From positions 1,344,001 through 1,408,000 of the forward strand of contig OZ244742.1 in the NCBI GenBank assembly GCA_965219415.1: DNA of 64,000 bases. Direction: 5' to 3'. Shown piece after piece: positions 21,710 to 33,100 of the stretch. The translations under genes were made by a program, and so were the position numbers. This stretch comes from Candidatus Marinacidobacterales bacterium (lineage in GTDB: Bacteria; Acidobacteriota; Vicinamibacteria; Marinacidobacterales; DATDRI01). The notes under the pieces were generated by a model, which was given only the letters and a program-made list of their open reading frames with translations, did not search any database and was not told the DNA's origin. Numbering within the stretch: position 1 is the stretch's first letter; the number at the start of each line of letters is the position of its first letter.

Positions 21710-22070
21710 AGACAAACCGGCGCCCAGCGGTCTAGAGGCGGGCGAGCACGAACACAGCTCCGATGGCTCTTCGTCCACCATCAAGTCCCGGAGCGCTCAT
21801 CGACTCTCCGCGGACCCTCGAAACATCTCGACCAGGCTTTCAAAAACGGATTGATCGGACTCCAGATTCGAGCACCTCGTTTAGCAGCGCTGGAGCGCCC
21901 TGTTCCTCGTGGCCACGCAGGCCGCGGCGTTCCCCCGCCAAAGTGCGCTACGCTCTTCGATAGACTCAGGACCGAAGCTGCTCCTCGCTAGGTAATGGTT
22001 TCGCCGCGCTCACCATGTGCTATCCTGAACTCAATCCACTCCCCAACATTATTGGAGGAAAAAGTCCACC

Positions 22071-23343
22071 ATGAAGGGGAGCTCTGACGCCGAACGCCTT
22101 CTCGTCTCGCTTGCCAATCAACCCGCTCTCGACCCCCGATGCCTTGCCCGCCCTGCTCAAGGCCACCCGACTCTTCGGCCTCACCTGTGGAGTCCAGCTC
22201 GCCCAGTACAGAAACTCCGGCGAGCCTCTTCAAATCGCCTTTGCCGACTTGCGCAGGCTGGCCTTGCTGGCAAAGTGTTACGAAACCGTCTCCCGAATCC
22301 AGGCCGAGCGATGGCACAAGATTCCCGAAAGACGTCGACCTCATTACACCCCACCCCTACGATTCCAGATCCTCGAGCTCAAGTCCCTCCTTGGCCTTTC
22401 CCAGAAGGAAACCGCCCGGCTCTTTGCGATCTCGAGAAACACCGTGGCCCGCTGGGAGCAGGAAGTTGGGGCGAACCCAGGCCAAGAAACCGTGGGCTCG
22501 CTCGTTAAGCCCGAGCCTCCTATCCGGCGCTATGCCGATGTCCTCCGCCATCTCGTCCATACCATGCACTCCGCGGCTTTCGGAGGCTGCCAGCAGATCG
22601 CCCAGGTTCTCACTCGGGCAGGGTGGAAGATCTCCGAACGCTCTGTCGGCAGAATCTTCAAAGAAAAACCCCTTAAGCCGCCCACTCCCGCACCATCGGC
22701 GAAACCTACTCGAGCTCTCCGCGCTCGCCACCCCAACCACATCTGGATGGCCGACTTCACCACCATCCCGAGCCTTTTTCGATTGTTTTCCTTCAAGCTT
22801 GTGATTGTCCTCGATGTTTTCTCAAGAATGCCGCTCGTCGCCAAACTCTTCCGGAAAGAACCCTCCGCCCGACAAATGAGCCGGCTCGTTCAACGGGCCG
22901 CGCGTCGTTTCGGCCCGCCCCGACATTTCGTTTCCGACAAGGGAAAGCAGTTCACTGCAAAACGTTTTCGCAAAACACTGCGACGGCTCGGCACCCGACA
23001 GCGCTTCGGTGCCATCGGGCGGCACGGCTCCATTGCCATCATCGAAAGACTCTGGAGAACACTCAAAGATGCCTTGAACCTTCGCACTTTCAAACCCTTG
23101 GTCAAAGCCGAACTGCAACAACGGCTCGAGCTCGGGCTTTACTATTACACCCGCCTTCGACCTCACCAGGGTTTGGGTGGTGCCACTCCCGCTGAAGTCT
23201 ACTTCGGCCAAGCACCAGCCCATCTCGGAGCTGTCCATCCTCCTCGGGCGCGACCTCGAGAAGGACCCGTCCATTCACCTTTTGAGATCGCTTATCTCGA
23301 TCCAGATCAGATGCTTCCGGTTCTGATTCGCAAAACTGCCTAG
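22071..23343 (+). CDS. rve/DDE integrase-transposase, copy 3 (frameshift near 22135)
   Basis: Most complete copy: WMADFT, SDKGKQF, IERLWRTLK, RPHQGLGGATP. Confidence 0.88.
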
Positions 23344-23480
23344 CTTCTCGGCCGAGCGTCGACCAATCCCACGGTCGTCGTCTGCCTTGAACCCTACGTG
23401 GCGCGTCGACATCTCCCACGACCAGGGATCCAGACTACATTCAACGGGCTTGGAACCGGAAAAACTACTCAGATCCGCCG

Positions 23481-23504
23481 CTCCAACTCCCATTGCGCCC
23501 CTAC
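23481..23504 (+). repeat. Terminal motif, copy 3
   Basis: CTCCAACTCCCATTGCGCCCCTAC. Confidence 0.85.
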
Positions 23505-23708
23505 CGGATTCCATTTATTTGCAGGGGGCGCCTCGGCAGGGGGGTTCCAAGGCGGGAAACCAAGGCGGGGGAGGCGCGGCACGCCCTTTGCCCACTCCGC
23601 ACTTAAGGGTGGGCGGGGTGATTGAGCTGGCGCATCGCGTCTCCGGTGACGAAGACCTCCGCGCGGAGGAAGCATCGGCCGGCTTCCGGAGCCGGGGAGG
23701 TCTCTTCC

Positions 23709-24110
23709 TTATTCCTCAACGACTGGCCTTCGCCGTATCACATACCTCTTAGTATAGGGTTCGTGCATGGTCGGGGGAAACCTCCACAAATCCGATGAAC
23801 TGATAGACTCCTCCTCCGCATCTTTCTCTTGAGCATGACTGCTTCGGTAATAGAAAACCTCTCCATCGGAAACGTCTAGCAAGGTATTTGCCATTCTCTC
23901 CAATTCCCGAAAGATTGCGCTTTCAGTGTCTGCGCTCTCATACACGGAAACGTAAACTTCGACCCTTTTCGATTGACAGATGTTTGGATCATTTAGTTGC
24001 TTATCTGTGAGGCCGGTCACCTCAGACTCAAGCTTACAATCGACGAGCCGTCCGCCAATCTCCTCTACCGCTAAATTGGAATTTAACTCGAATATGGCAA
24101 CTTTCGACAT
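23709..24110 (-). CDS. Putative immunity protein for the RHS toxin
   Basis: Starts 18 bp after the toxin stop with a GGAGAGG RBS; acidic and visibly lower in GC. Confidence 0.72.
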   Translation of the reverse strand: MSKVAIFELNSNLAVEEIGGRLVDCKLESEVTGLTDKQLNDPNICQSKRVEVYVSVYESADTESAIFRELERMANTLLDVSDGEVFYYRSSHAQEKDAEEESISSSDLWRFPPTMHEPYTKRYVIRRRPVVEE

Positions 24111-24128
24111 TTCCTCTCCCGGTTTTCT

Positions 24129-27100
24129 TTACTTCGTAGTCAACCTTTTTGGAAAGAGAAAGTGGTGTATGTCTTCGTCTGGTGGTACGTGAAAATGAAC
24201 CGTCACATTATGCTTCGGAAATACCCGCGTTACAGGATGCCAGTCGAATCGGATAATGAGACTGTTAAGCCTGAGAATCCTATGCCCTAATCTTACGCCA
24301 AATATTCTTTGCTTGTCACCCCCCCTTTCAAAAAGAATGAAACGCCCTGTTCCTCGACGGGTCAAGCTGCTCTTTCCTGGCTTTCTGGATGTTGGAAGCT
24401 GGATGACTAGTTGGTAATCCTTGATATGTCTCCTAACACGTTCCAATGTCTCTCGAACCCTCTGGCTCGTTTGACGTATCGCCTCCGGCAGAGCCAAAAA
24501 GATCACATCTCCAGTATCCCGGGCTACGTCTTGGAAGGCTTTGTAAACTTCTGAAATGGCGATCGACGGCCCTAAGGGTGCTTCCAGAGTCTCCAACACG
24601 GCAGTGCGCAATACAGCGGTTGCTGCGAGCGCCACGACAAAAACGACCGCTAGATTCGCCTCGGCGACGGTAATCTGTTTGCCAGTGGGATCTAGGTTGT
24701 TGACTGGATCCGCATGCGCATACAAGTACTTGTGAAGGCTTAAAGGATCCTGCAGCACACCTTCAAAAGGATCTAAGCTGACGAACCTTCCGACCCGCGG
24801 ATCCAACCACCGAGCGCGGTTGTAGGAGAAGCCCACGTTGGGATCGAAGGGCTCTCCGGCAAACTGGTACGGCTGCGGATCGATGCCGACGTGGTCTAAC
24901 TGCTCCCCGAAGGCAGTATAAGTGTAGCTATCCGTGACGTTCCCTACCTCATCAGTGAGGAACCGAATAGAGCCCAATCCATCGGCGTGGTAGAAACGAG
25001 TCTCGGTGGGTCGGGTAACGGCGAGAAGGTCGTCGACGCCTCTTACATAGTAGGCAATGAGGTTGCCCGCGTTGTCGGTCTCGGCGGCCACGTGGCTGAG
25101 AAAACCTGAGGGGTCGACCAAGAAGTTCGTGACGGAGGGCGGCCCCGTCGCGGGAGTGATTTCCGTTCGGACGCGGTTACCGTCCGCATCGTACGCGTGC
25201 GTGACGACCGTCCCGTCGGCTTTCTCCACGCGGACGAGCCTGTCTTCGAAGTCCCAGAAGTACGTGGCCTCGGTGGACTTGCTAGTGAGGTTCCCGTTGT
25301 CGTCGTAGCTATAGACGGTTCCGTTTTCGGTCAGGAGCCGATCTCGATCGTCATAGGCGTAGTTGACGACGCCGGCACCGAGGCCTGTGGTGGTTTGGAC
25401 GTCTCTGTTACCCACGGGGTCGTAATCGAAGACCTTCTCATAGACCAGCCCAGTCGTGTCGCTGACCTTGTCCCCTGTCAACCGATAGAGATCATCGTAG
25501 GTGTACTCCCTGAAGGTCCCGTCGGCCTCATCGATGCGTTCCCGGTTCCCCGCCAGTCCCAGCGTGAAATCGTAGGACTGGATGACGCCCGACGGTCCCG
25601 TTGTGGTCAGGTCCGTTAGCCGGTTGAGGGTGTCATAGCCGTAACTCGTGGCCGTTGCATTCGGGTGGCTGAGTGAATCACGGTTTCCATTTGGATCCCA
25701 ATCGAAATCATACTGCCCAGCATTCGGGTCGGCGACGATATCCAAACGGCTCGCGTCGTCGTAGCTGAAAGCAGTTGTCAGCACGGTCGTCTCCATTGTA
25801 GCGATCAGACTGGTCCGATTGCCATTGCCATCGTAGCCGTACTCGAGCTTTCGTCCATCCGGGTAGGTCAGAGTTTCCAGACGGTCCCTGTCATCGTACG
25901 CGTAGTTCGTGACACCCCGGGAGTCGGTGGCGGTTTCTCGCCGGCCTGTGTTCGTGTAGGTAAATTCCACGAAGCTCGTGTCGGGAAAATTCCTCCGCGT
26001 TAATCGATTGTTGACGTCATAATCGAATGTGATCGCATTCCCGTCGAACTTCGTCCAGGTCTTGAGGTTCCCGGTCGCGTCATACGCCTTGGTCTCGAAC
26101 GTTCCGTCCGGGAGCGTTCGCTTGGTCTCCCGCCCGAGCTCGTCATACTCAAAGCTGGTGACGTGGTTGTTCGTGTCTTCTTGCTCGATACGGTTTCCGA
26201 CCTCGTCGTAACGATAGATCGTCTCCTGATTGAGAGCGTCGATGACCTTCGTCAGCCGCCCCAAGCAGTCATACTCAAACCGAGTGATCTTGCCGACTTG
26301 ATCCTTCTCGCTGATACGGCGTCCCAGGCTGTCGTAGGTTGTCTCTGTGAACGTGGTATCTGGAAAGATGGTCTTGGTTCTTCGATTCAGCTCATCGTAC
26401 TCGAAGGTCGTCGTACTCGAGCTTGGCGTCCCGCACCGAGATCTGGTTGCCGTTGGGGTCGTAGCCGAAGACGGTCTCATTGCCCAAAGGATCTCGGATG
26501 TGGGTCCTCCGACCCGCCCGGTCATACTCCAAGAACGTAGACTTGCCGCGGGCGTCCACGGTTTCTACTAGCCTTCCCGCATCGTCGTAGACGCTCTCGG
26601 TAAAAGTTAGATCAGGGAAGATCGTCGTCGTGAGGCGACCCAAATCGTCGTATTCGAACGTGGTCACGCGACCCTCTCGGTCCCTCGAGGTGAGTGTTCT
26701 ACCTTCCACATCGTAGGTAAACTCCTCGGTCGTTAGATCGGGGAAGGTGGTCTTGGTGAGGCGGCCCATGTCGTCGTATTCGAACGATGTCTTCCGATTC
26801 AGCTTGTCGAAGCTTTCCACCTGCTTCCCGAGCTCGTCGTAAACGATTCGCGTGGTGGTTCCGTCCGGATCCTCCGTGTCAGTGAGTCGATCCTGCTTGT
26901 CGTACGTGAACGTCGTCACCAAGGTCTCGACGCCGCTTGGAGTGGTCCTGGTCCTCGTCTCGGTGCGGCGGTTTCCGTTGCTGTCGTAGGTGAAGGTTGT
27001 CTCATTCCCTAACGCGTCGATCTCCTTGGTGAGGTTGCCAGAAGCGCTGTACTCGAACTCAGTGACACATAGCTCTCCTTCCACAAGAACAGTCTGAGTT

Positions 27101-30100
27101 TCCACATTACCTTGAGCGTCGTAGGTGAAGGTCGTCTCATTCCCCAGAGCATCGATGGTTTTCTCGAGATTGCCGTTGGCGTCATAGACGTTGGTGGTCA
27201 CTTTCTCGCGGGAGTCCTTGACAGTCAAGACCTGGTCCCTATTGTTGTAGGTGAACTCCGTCCTGTTCCCCTCCGGATCGGTCACATTGGTCTGGTTGTC
27301 CCGATCGTCGTAAGTGAAGAATGTGGTCGGAGGATCGGCCTCCGAAGGATCATGCACGTCAGTCTCCGAAAGGCGATTGTTGTCGTCATCAAATGTCCTC
27401 AAAATGATCTTCCCATTCGGATCCGTCTCCCGAAGTACATTCCCCCGATCGTCGTATTCCAACACCCTGATATTGTCCTCGCGGTCCTTGATGATCTCCT
27501 GTCGGGTGTCGAGATCATGGGTGTACTCGATGGTCTTGCCAAAGGCATCGGTGTGGCTGATGAGCCTTCCCGACACGGGATCGTAGTCGTTGCGGATGGG
27601 CGTGATGCCCCTGGGGTCTTCGATCTCGTCCAGGTGATGAGGTATCGAAGACAAATAACCAAACGTCGTGGTGTTGTTCTCACGATCGGTGTTGGTCTCC
27701 AGATCCCCACTGCCGTCATAGACGTAGAACATGGGGTTGCCTTCGGGATCGATGATGGACTCAATCCTACCCTGAGCGTCCCGGTTAAAGACCACACCCT
27801 TGCCACTCGAGTGTGTAATCCCGCCCGGACTGATCGTCAGCCGGTTGTCATTGAGATCGGTCAAACTCTGGAGTCCTTCACTCTCGTCAATTACTAACTC
27901 TCGGCCGTCTCTCATCGTGAGACGATACCGGTCCGCGTCGTAAACCGTAAAATCCGATTGCCGGAAAAGCTGCACCGTTCCCGGGAAGGCGCCCACAACC
28001 AAAGCCAAGTTACCGTCCGCGGGCTCCAAGCTCGCTGACGCTTCCCTCGAGCAGAGTACTAGCCACGGAAATCGCCTGATCCGCTCCGGCGCTCACCACC
28101 GGAGCTTCGTTCTGGGGAAACACCGTGACCACCGCTTCGTCGAACACCGTGAACTCGGTGTCGGTGGCGGTCAGACGCAGCACATAAGTTCCCGGATCCA
28201 CGAACGTCGCCGTCGTCAACGGAGAGCTCGGGTCATCCAATACGACCGGTCCAGGTCCCGTGAAACTCCATGTCGACGTCACCGTGGCACCCCGAGGAAG
28301 CCCGTCGTCGGTCACCGAGCCCGAAAGCGTCACCGTGTCCACGGGCAGGATGATCGATTGATCCGGCCCCGCGCTGACTAAAGGCGCCTGATTCGGCGGA
28401 ATGACCGTGATCGTTACCTCATCGCTTCCCGTTAAATCCAAATCATCCGCCGTCAACCGCAACACATATTCTCCCGGCTCCACCATCGTCACCGTCGTCA
28501 ACGGATCCATTGGATCGGTGAAAACCAGGCTCATCGGTCCACCGACCTGACCCCAGAAGGTGTTAAGAACACCGATCGGAAGACCGTCATCGGTGACCGT
28601 GCCGGCTAAGGAAACGACGAGAGACGCTCCCTCTAACGTCAGCAGCTGATCGGCTCCTGCATCGACCACGGGCGCTTGGTTCGGTGTGGCGGTCAGAAAA
28701 ACCTGACCATCGACCGCGTTGTTGGTCTCATCCGATTCGGTATGGAGCCCGACCAAGCCGCCTTCATCATCGGCCACCACCCACAAGGGGAGGGCTTCCG
28801 TCCCCACCGGAACGATCAACGACACATCCCGGAACTGTCGGCCGGCAAGGCTCTCCGTCCGAGTCGTGCCCAGGAGGATTCCACCCGAAGCCGGATCGCC
28901 GTTATAGAAAGACACACCGATCTCCGGGCCCGCTGCATTACCTCCCCCGTTTCCAAGCCGCGCCGTCAACACCACGTCGCTCCCTACCGTCTCTTTCCTC
29001 ACGAAAGACGCCGTCAGGTCGGGAAGGGCGTACACACACCCATCGATCAATACGTTTTGCCGGTAGTTGTTGAAGAGCTCCCAGTTGTTCGACTCTCGAG
29101 CCGGGATCGTTCCGTCGTCGTTGATGTTGGTGATGTGGTAGGTGTACTGGTTCCAAAGAGCTCGAGTAGGCACCCACCGCTCGGAAGGTGTTCCGTAGAC
29201 GAAGATCCCCGCCACGGGGACGGGATTATTGAACTCATTCGCCACCACCACGATCTCCGCCTTGCCGTCCACGTCGACGTCGGCGATGATCGGGTATTCG
29301 AGCCTCGTTGCGCTTCCGATCTCCGTCTCGAAGACCACCGTCCCGTCCGTGCCGTCGAAGACACGAAGCCTCCGTTCATCCGCATACACCACTTCTGCGA
29401 AACCGTCGGCTTCGAAGTCGAAGGCCGAAGAGCCGGTGATCGAGGAGCTGCCGTCGCTTATTGGCACGCTCCACTTGCTCACACCCGTGTGCTCGAAGAC
29501 CTGGTAGCGGCTCCGCCCGGCAACACCGATCTCGGGCTCACCGTCGTTATCCAGATCCGCCACCAGAGGCGGACCTCCCGTGCCTCCCTGATCGATAGGC
29601 ACGGGCCCCCACTTGATCTCACCGGAGTGCTCGAAGAGAAACACGTCTCCGTTCGCCACCAGGACGACTTCTGGGAACGGATCGTCGTCGAAGTCCGTCA
29701 CCGCGATCCAGCCATCGCTAAGCTCTGGGTGATCCCAGTAAATGTCGCCGTTGGCCCGGTAGGCGGTCCTACCCGCCACGATCTCCGGGATTCCGTCCAG
29801 GTCCAGATCCGCCACCCCGGCGAGCGGGTTTCCGAGACGGCCACCCCGACCGCCGGTGCCGGTCCAGCGAAGGCTGCCGTCGTTGTTCAACACTTGCCGG
29901 CCCAAGATGATCTCGGGCGCGCCGTCCCCGTCTAGGCCGGCGAGGGCGGGGCCGCCGTCTCCGGTACCCTGGACGTTGGAGCTCAACCACTTGACGGTTC
30001 CATCGTGCTCGAACGCGATTAGTCGATTCTGATTCTCCGCGACGGCCACGATCTCGACGCGGCCATCTCGATCGATATCTCCCACCGCCACAGGCGAGCC

Positions 30101-33100
30101 GCGATGGACGCGGAGGTCCGGGTCGTCCACGGTGAAAAGCTCGGTTCCATCTTGGCCGCTCACCACCCGGAGGAAGCTCTGCGAACGGGCCGACTTCTGG
30201 TAGGTGGTGAAGATGACTTCGGGGACGCCGTCCATATCGAGATCGGCGACCGAGGGGGTCATGATGATTTGCCGGGCATTGGGGAGGATCGAGGAGCTCG
30301 TCCACGACCACTTCAGAACCGGGGCGAAAGGAGCCACCGGCGGCCGGAAATCACACGCCGGGGCGGAGTTTACCGCGTTATTGTCCTCCCTCGTTTCGGT
30401 GACGACGAAGCCGCTGTCGACGAACGTATGAAGCAAGTTACCCACGAGCGTGAGCATCCCGGACACTGGGGCGGTGACCAGTACGGTTCCACCGGTCGAA
30501 AGCCCGGCCTGCGACTCGCTACCCACGAGGTTATCGACGCCCGGTTCGAAGGTGCCGTTGTCGTTCAGGTCTTCGAAGAAAGCGATCTCGAACGTTTCGG
30601 TGACGTCACCCGGTCCGAGGTTCGTGATCTCCGCGGTGAAACTCCCCGAGATCTCGAGCGTCTGGGCGTCGAAGCTCGCGGAGGAGGTGTCGACGGATAG
30701 GATGGTGAGATCGGGCGGCAGCACGGGCGGAGCCACCGTGATCGACACCTGGTCGCTTCCCGTAAGATCGGAGTCGCTGGCGGTGAGCTTCAAAACGTAG
30801 GTGCCGGCCAGCATCGTGGTGAACGAAGTGCCGGTTTGGCTGAGGTCGTCGAAGGAGCCCACGAGCGGACCTTCTTCTTGGCTCCAAGTCGAGCTCAGCG
30901 GTGCCCCGAGGGGTAGGCCGTCGTCCGAGATGACGCCGTCGAGATCGACCCGGATCAACCGGGGCGTGTAAAGCAACAGCGAGTCGAAGAAGCCGTCATT
31001 GCTGCCGCTGGACGCGGAGCGGGTGGCGATGAGACGGACCCGAATAACTCTCGTCCCCGCAGGAGCAAAACGGGAGTCGGAGACGAGCTCCCAGTCGGCA
31101 ACGAACGCCGTGTCGCCTGTATCGAAAGAATCGAGCACCGCGGTATTCGACGCGTCTCGGTACTCGATCACGATGCGCGCCCTATCCGGCGGGTTCTGGT
31201 TGAAACTTCGCACGTAGCCTTGGAAGTGGAAGAGCAAGGCGCCGGTGTCGATGGCGCCGGCGAGGGGCGAGACGTCCATGTCCTGATGAAGCTCCGCAAC
31301 GGGTCGGTTTCCTGCGTAGAAGTACGCTCCTTCGAACGGATTCGTAAAACGCTGCGTCCACGCGTCGCCCGTCACTTCCTTCCAACCCAGGATCTCGCCG
31401 TTGGCGAGCGGCAAATCATTGCCCGGGTTTTGGATCAGATTGACGCCGAGCAGGGTCGTGGGATCCCCCATGGCGAGGCTCTGATCGGGTCCGGCGTCCG
31501 CCGAGGGGGGCTGGTTCTCGGCCACCACGCTCACTTGCACGGAGTCGGATGCATTGAGAGCGGAGTCACTCGCGCTCAACAGCAGCTCGTAGTCGCCGGG
31601 AGCGGGAAACTGGGCTTCGGTCTGGGGAGTCCCGGGCGATTGGAAGACGACCGTCCCCGGACCGGTCAACTGTGTCCAGCTCACGGTGAGAGTTCCGTCG
31701 GAAGGGACGCCATCGTCGATGACCGTGCCGGTGAGTGTCGTAGAAACGGAGAACGGCGACTCGGGGAACGGTCGCAGCGACAAGGCGTCGAAGTATCCTT
31801 CGTTCGAAGAGCCGGCCTGGCGAGTGGAGAGGAGTCGAATGCGAACGAAACCTGTGTTCAGCGGCGCCAATCGGGAGTCCGCTACCGGCTCCCAATCCGT
31901 AAAGCTGAGAGAGCCGGAGTCGAACGAGGCCAAAACCGTCGTGTTGGTCGGGTCACGATACTCGATCACGATGCGGGCGAGATCGGCACCCACCGTCCTC
32001 ACGTGTCCCCTGAACTCGAAACGTTGCGTCCCGGCGCTTATTGCCGACGCGAAGCCGGAAACGTCGACGTCTTGCGCCAGCTCGGCGGTACCGCTCTGGT
32101 TCCCCGCGTAGAAGAACGCCGCACCTTCAAACGGATCGTTAAACCGCTGCGTGCAACGAGTGCCGCTGACTTCCGTCCACCCAGGGATCTCGCCATCGAC
32201 CAGAGGGTCTTCGGCACCGGGGTTCACGATGAGATTGGACAAAGGCGTCAGAACTTGGTCGGGCCCGGCGTCCACGAAGGGCGGTTGATTCACGGGATCC
32301 AAGATGACTTGGACCTCATCGGTGGTGGTGAGCTCGGAATCGCTTGCTGCAAGCCTCAGCGTGTAGGTCCCGGTCACATCGAACGTCGCATCAGTATCTT
32401 CCGACTGAGGGTTGCCGAAGGTGACCGTTCCCGGGCCGTCGACTTGGGTCCACTGGATGTCGAGGACGCTCCCCTGCGGCAAGCCGTCATCGGTGACGGT
32501 GCCATCGAGGGAGACGGTGTCGGTGGGAAGCTCTATGACCCGATCGGGACCGGCGTCGACTTCAGGAGCTTGGTTCCGAATGAATGTCAGGTTGACTTCG
32601 TCGAAGCTTTCGAGCTCCGGAGTCAAGCCCATTCTTAGTTGAAACTCTCCACGGCTCACGTTTAAGCGACCTTCTTCTTCGATACGGTTGATGTCTTCGC
32701 CTCGATCTTCAGTTCCCGCTTGAGAGCTTCGCGAAGCTTGGGAAGATGGCGGTAGCCCACCACCTTCCTCAAGCGCGGTTCGATGTCTACGAGCGCCGTT
32801 GCCAACCAGCGCTGGCGTTGGCTCGAGTTCTTCCAGTGGTCGACCTTCGCGCAGCGTTCCTCGACGAGAGCATTGACGGACTCAAGGCAGTTCGTCGTCT
32901 TGAACGAACGGCCCAGCACCGCGTGCACGCCGAGTCGATGCAACGTCAGCGTCTCCTCGAGGCCTTCCTCCAGACTGCCAGCTGCGGATTGGTTCCGCTC
33001 TTCTAACTCACCGTGGAGTTGCTCGAGCGCAGTGAGGGCCTCTTCGTACTCCGGCCTGTTGTAGGCCCACTGGAGCCGCTTGCGCCATGACGCCTGCTCG

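Noticed and set aside
17290-23504. The 25-bp motif as a CRISPR repeat or attC site
   Set aside because: Copies are kilobases apart or nearly adjacent, there are no regular spacers, no cas or intI genes, and no attC-type palindrome.
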